Part shown: positions 24,931 through 36,286 of the stretch, piece after piece
How the letters are laid out: each line of letters opens with the position of its first letter
How positions within the stretch are numbered: position 1 is the stretch's first letter
Assembly (NCBI GenBank): GCA_000934665.2
Contig: JYFJ02003361.1
Span: 1-42,989 of the forward strand
Source: Catajapyx aquilonaris
Taxonomy: Eukaryota
Direction of reading: 5' to 3'
DNA: 42,989 nt
Made by a program: the position numbers and the translations under genes
The notes under the pieces: model-generated
Seen by the model: only the letters and a program-made list of their open reading frames with translations
What the model was told of the DNA's origin: nothing
Databases searched by the model: none

Positions 24931-25257
24931 CTGGGGTAGTGCTTGACCTCATCTGAGGTATACTGCACAGACCTTTATTTATTACATCAAGTACATTTGA
25001 GCCTTTTTACGTAGCGCCCGGGCCCATGGGCCGGATGACAGGAGGGGATGTGCAAGGTGCAGTGCAATGTCTTAATGTGGCCATTTTTAGTGAACTCCCC
25101 CGGGTGATTTAGTGTGTGGAAATACCACCCGAGACGAAGCCAGAGGTGATCCTGAACTCTGCATGAGATGAAGGGGGTGTCCCCGGGTTGGGATCGAACC
25201 CAGGACCTTAACATGCATGGGCACATACTTTACCGCAGCACCACTCCGCCTCCCCTC
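24873..25257 (-). mobile_element. tRNA-derived SINE, family C, with a long (TTA)n tail
   Basis: B box ggttcgatccc; about 20 tail repeats; 18-bp TSD taaatctgctagaaataa. Confidence 0.92.
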
Positions 25258-25758
25258 TAAATCTGCTAGAAATAAGTTAAACAGTAATAGACGACTCAGC
25301 GGCTCCCCCTGCAACACACCATGAGTAATCGGAATACTTTGCTGACCGTCTTGTGAGACAATCTTGGCTGTGGAATATATGGCTTGAAGAGTGCTCATAA
25401 ACCTAACTTTGACTAACTCCCAGAGTCAATAGCTTCGCTAAAAGCTTGCTGTGCTCTACCGAGTCGAACGCCTTCGCAAGATCCACAAGCAGTGCGTAGA
25501 GTTTTCCTATTTTTATTGATGTATAGGCCTATTTCTGTATGAACGTTGTGAGAACGTATATGTGGTCCATACAGCCTCTGGTCCTTCTAAATCCCGCCTG
25601 GTTTTCCGGTAATATATTGTTGTCCTCCGCCCAAGACCGTAGTCTAGTTCCTAATAGCCCCGAAAAATGTTTCATTATATTGTTGACCAGTGAGATCGGA
25701 CAGTAATTTTCTGGGCACGTATCTGGCTCTGTTGTGTAAATTGCTATCACTGATATAG

Positions 25759-25854
25759 ACATTAGTTTTAATTCAGTTCATATGTTGGGTTAGCTTGCGT
25801 CTCCCTGCATCGCTGACTACCCTTTATAGGGAAATGTCTTGATGATGATGATGA
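25759..25854 (+). mobile_element. Severely 5'-truncated retroelement 3' end with (GAT)n tail
   Basis: 8-bp TSD tgatatag; removing it restores the LINE reading WMAISVIAIY. Confidence 0.7.
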
Positions 25855-26025
25855 TGATATAGCCATCCATGCAGGTGGTATCTTTCCAGACTCTAAGAAA
25901 CTGTTAAACATTTTTCAAGATGAGTTCTTGTAGTGCAGGGGAGGAGAGGTTAAAGAGTTCGTTTGGTATCTGATTCGGACACCCAGCTTTTTTATTTTTT
26001 AGTCGCGATATGGCAGACTGGAGCT

Positions 26026-27094
26026 CACTCACAAGGGGGGACCATGAAGTGGGCTCTGTCAGATTTGCATGAAACTTGCACAGTAGGTGTATCACAGGCC
26101 TACAATTTCACTGGTATGGGCCATTTTCTGCTATGGCCAGCTGTTGTCGATCTATGAGGGACAATAGATCCGCATGGGTGCTTTCAGGAGAGTAAGGTGA
26201 AGGTACGGGAAGCGTTAGGAAAGCGGGATATTCAGTTTCCAGGGGCATGCAGCAAGTAAACAACAAGGTACCCAACAGCGCAATGCTCCAGGGAGGGTTC
26301 AAATCACATTAGAATCATCTTCAGTTGTTGTTCCATTGGCAAGCTGCTTTGCAAGTGAGGCCTGGTTTAATTTTTGACTTGTTTTCCTCCAATCACTGAT
26401 TTGTTTCACAATGGAGAGCCCCGATGACCCTTTCCAATGTGTCAGTTTCAAAAATATTGCTTCCATTTTGATGGAGCAATGCAAAATGTATTGCCGAAAG
26501 ATTTTGAGGAAAGCAAGCCCACAAGGGCACTAGAACAACTCATCGGAAGGAAAGGTTTCGAGTGGTTTCTGGCAGATGGTTTCGGATGATGTCTGCACGA
26601 AAGTGTGCAGCAGAGTCTCGAGGCAGCTACCCCCCTGTTTTGTTCCTGATTTGCGTCGAAAGTTGTGGTTATTGCGTCATGTCGATAAGAGGCGTGCAAC
26701 GTGAGTCCCATAGATGAAGGGAATCCTGCATTGGCATTATGGGTACAGGGTAAAGGTAATGCGGGACGGAAAAAAGCAAACATAAAATGAACCAATAATA
26801 ATTGGTCCTGAAGATAATTCAAACCCTCCCTGGAGAATTGCGCTGTTGGTTACCTTGTTGTTTACTAGCTGCGTGCCCCTGGAAACTGAACAGCCCCCTT
26901 TCCTAACGCTTCCCGTCCCTTCACCTTACTCTCCTGAACGCATCCATGCGGAGCTATTGTCCCTCATAGATCGACAACGGCTGGCCGTAGCAGAAAATGG
27001 CCCATACCAGTGAAATTGTAGGTCTGTGATACACCTACTGTGCAAGTTTCATGCAAATCTGACAGAGCCCACTTCATGGCCCCCCCTTGTCAGT
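26026..27094. mobile_element. CACT...AGTG long-TIR element (CACTA/EnSpm-like), about 275-bp arms
   Basis: ct|cactcacaagggggg ... ccccccttgtcagtg|ct; 2-bp TSD. Confidence 0.8.
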
Positions 27095-27828
27095 GCTATG
27101 GGGCCATCAATTGATGGTATCGAAAAAAATATTAAGAGAAGTAGGCAATACATTTTTAGCTCTGGGTAAGTACCACTGTTGCAAATACTCTAGCCAAACT
27201 TGTTCTTCCACGCAATGTTTCGAGGGACTGCCCCCTTTTTTGTGATCTTTTACTAGAGACCAAAATTCCACTGGATCTGTAGCTCCTAACAGCGTCTGTA
27301 TTTTAACATTATAGTAATTTTTCTCATTCGCCTGACACTCTTTCTTGTACATCTGTGCTCTCGTTTTATAAGTTTGGCGCTATTCCTCTGTTGGATCTGA
27401 TTTCCAAGCTGCCAATGCTTTGATAACAGCTCGAGATTTTTGGCTTGCGTTGATGGATTTCCAGTTTTATGAATTATTTCCGTTTCACTCAAGATCGCTT
27501 GCAGCACCGAAGGGAATTTTTCCCTTATTTATGCGGATTTCTGAATTAACTGGAGACACCCTTGAGTTACCCTGCACTCCAATATGTCTTTTAACTTCTT
27601 CTGTCTTTTTCCAGCTGATAGTTTTTCTTGGGTCCCTTCTTTGGGGGGCTACATTCGACCAGAAAGTAGTGCATATTGAAAAATGGTCTGATCCAGTAAT
27701 TTCTAATACTTTAAAATCTAATATACTGATGAGCAGTCCTTGATATAAGATGGAGTAGTCGAGCACCGTGTTTGCTTTTGGCGAGCAAAAAGTAAATTCT
27801 CCCATTCTATCTGAACTTGACCATTCAA

Positions 27829-28087
27829 ACCGAAGCAGTGGCGGCGGAGGGGATATGGTATCCGACTGCTAATCGGAAGGTCCTGGGTTCGAATCCCGGT
27901 GCCGGCAACTCTAACCGTGGTTTTCTGTGGTTTCCCACGGTTCTTCCAGGAGAATTCCGGAGTTGTTTCCTAAACTAATAGGCCACAGCCGCCTCCTTCC
28001 TTTCCTATCCCATCCCAAAAAGTGCAGTAAAAAAAAACCCTAAAGAGCCGCCGGCTGATAACGGGGTATGAATTATTAAAATTATTA
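27829..28087 (+). mobile_element. SINE family B
   Basis: B box ggttcgaatccc; 15-bp TSD aacttgaccattcaa, partly re-duplicated at the 3' side. Confidence 0.9.
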
Positions 28088-28254
28088 AACTTGACCATTA
28101 AACTTGACCATTCAAGAGCGTCAAGGAGGCCACATCCAAGTACTGAAAAAGTTTCCGACCTTGAGTATTAAGTGTATGGTCTCTCGAACATTTTGTGCAT
28201 TGTACTTTATAATTGATATTTAAGGAGGTTGGCCCAGCATTGCCTTTCAACTTC

Positions 28255-28436
28255 CAAGGATAGGGAAGGAAGGAAGTGGCTGTGGCGTATTATACGGAAG
28301 CGACCCCGGAATTATCCTAGAAAGACCGTGGAAAACCACAGAAAACCACTGTCAGGGTTGCCGGCCCCGGGATTCGAACCCAGGACCTCCCGATTAGCAG
28401 TCGGACGCCTTATCCACTATGCCAACCTGCTTCGGT
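28255..28436 (-). mobile_element. SINE family B
   Basis: Reverse-complement homology to the 27829 copy. Confidence 0.85.
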
Positions 28437-28796
28437 TTTAATGGAATATAATGTCAAATGTATCTATCGCCACCATTTGGATACTAAAAGTATCATCTGC
28501 TGTACCATGGGAAAAAAGATTGTTTTTTTCTGCATCTTGCGCAACTTGTCATCTCCCATCGGCCTTTGCGGTTCTCTTACCAACCACTGTACACCTGGTC
28601 AGGTGACTCTTCCCATCTTGCTTTGTTGCGTTGTGCATTGTACTGTGAAAACCTCATTAGGATTAAAAAATTAGCTTTGTTCCGTTCCAACTCGGGCGTT
28701 AAAATCGCCAGAGAGGATTACCTCGTACCCTTCCTCCGACCAAGGGGAAATAACTGTTTTCAATTGTAGTAAACAAACATTGTACTGCTTAGATGG

Positions 28797-29100
28797 ACCG
28801 AAGCAGTGGTAGCGGAGGGGATATGGTATCCGACTGCTAATCGAGAGGTCCTGGGTTCGAATCCTGGGGGCCACCGACCCTGACCGTGGTTTTCTGTGGT
28901 TTCCCATAGTCTCACCAGGAAAATTCCGGGGTCGTGTCCGTAATTATAGGCCACAGCCGCTTCCTTCCGTCCCTATCCCATCCCCATATACGAGAAGTAA
29001 AAACGAAAGCAAGAGTTCCAGATTTTTAAAAATGTGGTGGTATCCCACCCCCCTAAGAGGGCCCATGGCTCTAGCACGGGGTACAAATTATTATTATTAT
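28797..29100 (+). mobile_element. SINE family B
   Basis: 14-bp TSD tactgcttagatgg; (tta)n tail. Confidence 0.92.
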
Positions 29101-29489
29101 TACTGCTTAGATGGGGAAAAATACACTAAACCGAATATTACCTTTAAAGCAAATGGTGTATCCAGTTCAACAAAAATAAACAAGGGAGACAACAACAAAA
29201 GTTTCGGTTTCCATCCAGGGACTAAAGATGTTCAAAACTTAAAAATAACTGTCATAGTGTCACTAACACACTTACACTACTGTTCCTCGTTGTTTTGTTG
29301 TAAAAAAAAACTCTGTTATGGACCTTTGCCAACTCTTAGATTCAAGGATTCAATTGTCACAATCGAGTCAAACACTTCTTTTGGTACGTCTGGTAGACAG
29401 AGATCAGGAAATTGAGCCTTTCTGTACATGTGGCCTACTCTCGACCCTTCTGCTGGGAAATGAGACAATTTTCCATACTCGCCAACATG

Positions 29490-29676
29490 AACTTCGACTT
29501 AGGGAGACTGAAAATGCATTGATGTCCCATCGTAAGGCCTTGCCAGCACTTCGAGTTATGGAGAACTTATACTATACATTGGATAACTATACATTGTGAC
29601 CAACCAAGCTCATAATTTTCTTCGACTTATAGAGAACTTCGACTTAGGGAAGTTCGACTTATGGAAGTTTTACTGT
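29490..29676. mobile_element. Tigger/pogo-like MITE end with repeated ttcgactta motifs
   Basis: Several ttcga(c/g)tta units, ending in ttttactg|ta. Confidence 0.5.
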
Positions 29677-30429
29677 AAGTACACTCAAAATGTGACTTGC
29701 CCTGTAGGCTAGTCACACGTGAACATTCAAAGGGCCAAATGTTAACAATACTATGAAACAATGTGTATGCTATAAATTCACATGGCACTTTTCTCACGTT
29801 GTTAAATAGTAACACACACGTGGCACTGTACAGTGTACATACATGGTATGAATAGTTTTCCTATTTTTGTTCATCATTACACCATGAGTCCAGGATGCCC
29901 CACTTGACAGTGGTGGGTTTTTTCCTTGCAGTGTTAGATGAAAATGTAAAACTCATTTTTTGATTGTCTTAAATATAGCCTGCAGTGTAATGTTTTTAAC
30001 TTAAAATGTCACAGAAAGCCTTGGGAGCCAGTGATAATTTTTATGTAATTTTTTACAGCAATAATACGAGCTAGGTAATATATTGAGCTGCACATTAGGC
30101 CACTGATGAAAATAGACAATCATGAAGTAATATGCATACATTATTGCTTTACCATTGTACTACCCTTTTGGGACTTGGGAGGGGGGGGGGGGAAGGTATG
30201 GGATCAAAATGGCCTGGCATCCTTCAATGTGGCAACTCCAGCATAACTGCAGGAGAGGAAGACTACTCCCATTTTCAAATTTAAATGAGTTTAAGTGACA
30301 CACGTGCCTTGGAAATAATAGGAATAGTTCCAACTCATAGCAGTTCAAAATCATACAACAGAGTAGATGTAAATAGCTACAATAGTACAATTATCCCTTG
30401 ACTTCCACCATGTTAGCCTACAAAACCAG

Positions 30430-30900
30430 TGGCATACCTCCCTGGCATTCCTCTATTCCGAAATGCCAGTTGTGGCGCCTACATTTCGTGTCTCTTCCTC
30501 GTCACTGGATGACGAGCGACGGCTCATTCATGCGAGTGCATTTTCTCACCATTTGTGGAGTTTCCTTTCTCGCCTGAAAGAGTCAGAGCCAGGTCCGACG
30601 AAGCTATTACCTTATCCGAATCCGAAAGTAGCCGGGGCCGGGGCATCATCGAGTCGAGAGTAGCGTACGGCGGCAAAGTGGCCCCTCTCTAGACCCAGGG
30701 GCCAGCGACGGAGCCCTTGAAGCAACCGACGACTGTCTTGCACCTATAAAAAAGCGATAGGAATCCAATACCGGAGACGTCCAACACGCACGATGGGGTG
30801 GGTGGCTGGCGTGGTGGCTGGCGTGGTGGCTGGCAACGGCGCGACCGTTATTAACGGCCAACCGACGGGGTCTTGAAACGCTTAGCAGCTGGTGCCAAAC
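30430..30900 (-). promoter_or_regulatory. CpG-rich probable promoter / first-exon region of the CENP-C-like gene
   Basis: Local GC/CpG enrichment; minus-strand donor GAG|gtatgc near 30437; 3 copies of a 12-bp unit (gtggtggctggc) at about 30799-30834. Confidence 0.45.
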
Positions 30901-30984
30901 CGATGTGGGTAATTCAAAAGCGGCTATTTTGTGCACTGAGATGGGCATTAGGTTCGAAATGCGAAGAGGTCGTAGATTATTTTC

Positions 30985-33449
30985 TAGAGAACGGATTTCT
31001 AGGTTTTTACCTACTTTTTCTTTTGTAGACAGAACACCAGAACCAAAATATCTATCCGTTTCATAACACAAGGACCTCAAAAATGGTAATTTTATAGAAC
31101 CTAAAAATGCCTATTTCGGGTGTTGGGACCTAAATGGCATATTAGCACCTATTAGTGCCTATTTCTACCTTTATGACGCCTTTCGGAAAGATTTTCGAGA
31201 GTTCTGCAGGTTTTCCGTTCAAGGAATCCTCCCACGTAACCTGTGACGAGCTAAGAAGCGGTTGATGGGTAAGATCCCGGGTAATATACCGTTAACCGTT
31301 ATTGCGACTCGAAATAACTTATTAATAGCCGTTAAATAAGCTGCTACATTCGGCCCTACGGCTTTTCTATCGGCCACGTGAGGGAGGATCTTAACTGTCA
31401 CCGAATAACTGCGATTAACCAACGAAAATATAGAATAACTGCTAGTTCGTTACTGTGCTGCAAAATTCCATGGCCAGGAGTAGGCTGTAAATATGTGTAG
31501 AAATTAAAATAAATTAGAACCAGCTTGATTTATAGTGCCTATTTAAGAGCTGTTTTCAGGGCCTAAATGCCTACTTATTTGAGGGGTCATTCCATGTCAG
31601 TGGGGCCCCCAAGGGGCCCCTTTGTACCCTTGATGTGGCGGATTTGAATGATATTCCCAAAATGGTGACCTAGCGCTGCTAAAACATTGTACCAAAGCGG
31701 TTTGAAATATTTTGATTTTTACCCGTTTTTTGGGGGGTGGTAATTTTGAGCCTTTTCTTTGAGAGTCATTTTTCTTTTGGCTGTTTCTCCGCAACTAATC
31801 GTGAGACAGATGTGCGTTTGATATCAATTTACTCAGAAAGGTTGATATAATCGTATTCTATGGTTAATTTTAAAATTTTACATTTTTGCGTTAAAAATAT
31901 TGAAATATATTGCAAATTTAAAACATTTATTTTGTTTAAAATCATAACACTTTTTTTCGCTGGTTTTCACGTATGTTGTAGCCCTACATGTGAACTACAT
32001 GTGGCCATATCAGTTCTGTTGGCTAGTATATAATACTACGGAAGATTGGGCCTCTTAAGTGAGACCCCCTCCATTATGTCGTCATTATGATGGGTACACC
32101 CAACATGCAAATCGCCTTGCTCAGTGCAAATGTTGATATTCAAGTTGGGATGATCACTGGTGAGAGTACGACACATGTAAGACTCCTTTGGTAGCCCACA
32201 CCCCCCTCCCCAAGCAAAACCATGCCTTCCACCCCATCAAGTCCTCATAAGTCGTGACGATTCGCATATTGGGTAATGACGTCATTCGGAGGGGGTCTCA
32301 CTTGAGATGCGAAATCTCCCGTAATATGAGACTAGCCAACACAACTGTTGTGCACACATGTAGACCACATATAGGGCTACAACATACTGTAACTCAAAAG
32401 CAGCGAAAAATAAAGGGGTATAATTTAAAATATTTAATGTTTCGATTTTAAAATTTAAACAATTTTAACAAACAAAATTTAAATTTCACATTTTACCATG
32501 GCGTACGCTTCTACCAGTATTTCTGAGTACAATGACACCAAATTCACTTCTGTATCTTGATTAGTTCCAGAGCAAAAGCCAAAAGAAGAAGAGTCTGTAA
32601 CGAAATTATCACTCCCCCAAAAATCAGCAAAAATCAATATTTTTCAAAACGCTTTGGTACAATGTTTTAGCAACGCTGTGTCATCGAAAACCCAGAAAAT
32701 CATAAAAATCCGCCACATGAAGGGTCCAAACGGGGCCGAACTGACAAATCAATTTGTGTTTATTGTGGGGTGGGAGGCATGGGTTTGCTTGGGGAGGGGG
32801 GTGTGGGCTACCAAAGGAGTCTTACATGTGTCGTACTCTCACCAGTGATCATCCCAACTTGAATATCAACATTTGCACTGAGCAAGGTGGGGCGATTTGC
32901 ATGTTGAGTGTACCCATCATAATGACGACATATATGGAGGGGGTCTCACTAAGAGGCCCAATCTTCCGTAGTATTATACTAGCCAACAGAACTGATATGG
33001 CCACATGTAGTTCACATGTAGGGCTACAACATACGTGAAAACCAGCGAAAAAAGGTGTTATAATTTATAAAAAAAATGTTTAAAATTTGCAATTTCAATC
33101 TTTTTAGCGCAAAAATGTAAAATTTTAAAATTAACCATAGAATACGATTATATCAACCTTTCTGAGTAAATTGATATCAAACGCACATCTGTCTCACGAT
33201 TAGTGGCGGAGAAACGGCCAAACGAAAAATGACTCGCAAAGAAAAGGCTCAAAATTACCACCCCCCCCCCCCCAAAAAAACGGGTAAAAATCAAAATATT
33301 TCAAACCTCTTTGGTACAATGTTTTAGCAGCGCTAGGTCACCATGACCTGTGAATATCATTCAAATCCGCCACATCAAGGGTACAAAGGGGGCCCCACTG
33401 ACATGGAATGACCCTGAGGGATTTTTAGAACCTAGAAATCCGTTCTCCA
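30985..33449. mobile_element. Short-TIR (hAT-like) element hosting a large foldback
   Basis: 19-bp TIR gagaacggatttctaggtt (30987-31005 / 33429-33447); subterminal gcctattt/cctaaa repeats; TSD not clear. Confidence 0.6.
31584..33414. mobile_element. 1.8-kb foldback element with about 650-bp arms
   Basis: tgag|gggtcattccatgtcagtggggcccc ... ggggccccactgacatggaatgaccc|tgag; arms 31584-32236 / 32766-33414. Confidence 0.9.
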
Positions 33450-36286
33450 TAGATTTCAAATGCTACACAGGGACTGAGGTAGACACTCAAATTGCTATGA
33501 TATTTATGCATTATGTTTTATGTTAGCACGTCGTGGGATTTCCCCAGCTGCAGAAAACTGCAGAGAAATCGCGTGTCGAAAGGAAATACGTAGCTACACC
33601 TGCAAGTAATACGTATCAGCATGTTAATAACTTGTATTATAAGTACAGTTGCACAGTGCTGGACATATTAGCAGTCCCTCCTTATTCCATTCCTGATTCA
33701 CAGAAGCACATAGTTTTATTAAGAAACTCAATAAATTCGCTACGCATAATTTTGGAAAAATTTGTGGGGGACGATACCATAAGCGTCCCCCCCCCCCCCT
33801 TCCCAAATATTGTGGGGGACATGTACCCCACGGGATCGCCGCCCCTGGTACTGTATATTGTTGATTTCTCCATTCCTCGAAGTACCGCGTTGTTACCGTT
33901 GTTACCTCAGAACTTGATGACCATCAAGGTGCGTTCACATGTGACCGATTTCAAAAGCGAAATCTTCGCCGTGGCGGAAATTAACAATCGATTTTCGCCT
34001 CAAACAATATTGGTTACTTATGTTATGTAGCGTAGGCGAAGATTTTGCTCGTCCGATCGCCCACATCCACCGATCAAAATCCATCACACCAAAGACAATG
34101 ATTAAAGTCAGCCAATTAAAAGTTGATCCCCTAAAAAGCACAAGGAGGCTTATCACGGGGTATCCTTTATTATCATCTTCAACCTGGAACCTCCCATTAA
34201 ATGTGTGTAATAAATGTTTAAAATGTTCAGCATTAAAAACAGTAGGCCCCTAATATTCGTCCTCTCTGTGGGGAAATAAATTTTGGAACCTATCTCATTT
34301 ACTTACATTATACGTATTTCTGTCTCGTTTTACTCCGGTTCACTTTACGCCGCTAGGGGCCAGTTTCACCAAGACTGGTTTTATTATAAACCGGCCCTAG
34401 GTTGCTGGAACCAAATAACGGCGTAAAACTGTTACCGGTGCTTCCTGTACTGCTGAGCTTGTGTCTAAATCACTGAGACTATTTTCCGAAATCAGAGAAG
34501 TACGGAAAGTGGAAAATCTTTGACAAGCAGCAACCGAATCCAGAAGAGGAAACCCTCTTGGAGATTCTAAGGCGAAGCAGAGACGAGGAGTGATACGCGA
34601 ACGGATCCGATGTTCACACGTTTTCGTGTATTTTACAAATCACGTGTGCCGTTTTATTATCCAGATCGGATCACTTTTTGTCCGCACTCCTAATATTGGA
34701 TCCCTGCGACATTTACTGCCCAATTGTCTCGGCAATCACATGACCTTTTTCGAGGAAGAACACATGCCCAGTGTGTATGTGCAAAGTTGCCTGGAGTGGA
34801 GTGGAGTGGAGGTATGTCACAAATTCCATGTCGGGCAAGCTTGATTCGCTTGCGGAATAATTTTACCTGGGCAAAAATCGCAGCCAGTTTTCTTTACGGT
34901 AAAAAAATATTTGATTGTGATAGCTTGTTATGTCTACGATTTACTGTATCGGGACTCTCAAAAAACTGACCATGTTGTACAGTAAGGCTTTTCGATGATT
35001 TACGATCTTATAAAAATTTTGGCGTTTTAAATAATATTATTCAGAGGCTAAGTATATGTATTTGAAAACTACTTAAAGAGTTTTGGGTGGGAGAGATTAT
35101 GCAATACTATGCTGGTACAGTACATGACAACAATTGCGCTGCCGGGCGAGCCATAATCCATGTGGCAGTCAGTCTGTTGATTTTTTTGGAAGGAAAAAGT
35201 TCGTGGCATTTGACCTTCATCTCTTATTCATAATCTGGTTGATTTTCCATTGTTTTTAAATGGCTAATGATTTTGTAATATTTGTGTCATTTTCCGTTAG
35301 TTGTACGCAAGATTTTCTTCCCCGACTTTCGGGCTCTTGGCGTACAAATTCCATGTGTAAAACGAGTTTTTTTAAAAAAACATGCTTTTAGCACTGTAAC
35401 TTTCTGGTAAATTAGATTTTACACGATGATTCCAACATCCATGGAGACTCGAAAGCTTAACTCATATGACATACGCTACTTTCCGTGCTTTCTGCTTCGC
35501 ACTTGCATTTTCGTAAGGGTTCGGATGGACGGCATACTTCACATCCCGAGTGCACGTGGAAATTCACGCCAGAATTTAATTATTTTCCTGCCAGAGAAGC
35601 GACAGATTTCGTCATTGGCCCTGAAGAATTTGCACACCGGAATTACGGATAGAACGAAAAGAGCATGTGCCGTCTGAGCATGCGACTTATTACTTGATGG
35701 AGCCATTTACAGCGTTATGTGGCCCAGACACTTTCACTAATAATATTGATAGGAACAAATCTCGGTTAATAAAAGCTCCTGCGTATATCACGTTCCCATA
35801 CGAGTTTTTTTGGGGGGCATTTCAACAACAAAAAACACTGAATGCAAGCTACAATATTGATTGTCTTAAAGCACGTCCTTCATGCCCATTACGTAAGAAA
35901 ATCAACTGTCCGTAGACCTGGTTACAAGTTCATGAACAAATATTCCAGCTATCAGAACCAGTCTTCTTTATCGTTATTCTCAGCAAATAGTGGTGAGGTC
36001 ACATGCCTTCAATATTATGGTTTAACGACTGACATTGTTGAGCAATTGCTGCCCATTGTGACATCACCATTCTTTCTCCTGCTGAATAACGATGCTGGTG
36101 GACCTGATTATCTTAACAGCAACAAATCTCTCTATCTTTATCTTTATTATCTTATCTTATTCAATCTTATTATCTTTATCTTAAATGGACACTCCACTCA
36201 AAATACAAGTTGGGCTCTAAAAATCGGGCAAAAACTCCTGATTCCGAGGGTATAAGCAGTTTTTCTGAGAGACGAACGGTAAGGCC

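Larger units (their letters stand above)
23850..29210 (-). mobile_element. Decayed APE-RT non-LTR retrotransposon (RTE-X/L2-like), 5'-truncated and fragmented by insertions
   Basis: Endonuclease motifs GDFNARVG, VLDY and GSDH; RT motifs PISLVN, ENQAGFR, VDLAKAFDSV, GVLQG, QFADD and YKYLG, in the expected order with stops and frameshifts; ends approximate. Confidence 0.9.

Noticed and set aside
26026..27094. LTR pair or ORFs inside the LINE
   Set aside because: The repeats are inverted, not direct; the ORFs lack recognisable motifs
29490..29676. CRISPR-like short repeats
   Set aside because: Irregular 9-bp subterminal transposon motifs in eukaryotic DNA; no cas genes or regular spacers
30743..30754. 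Plus-strand TATA box (cctataaaaa) for a divergent gene
   Set aside because: No downstream exon support; followed by transposon sequence
30646..31080. 144-aa minus-strand ORF
   Set aside because: Non-ATG start inside a transposon end, running through GC-rich promoter DNA; no homology recognised
33533..36255. Plus-strand ORFs of 137-165 aa
   Set aside because: They cross MITE fragments and low-complexity tracts; no domain or splice support
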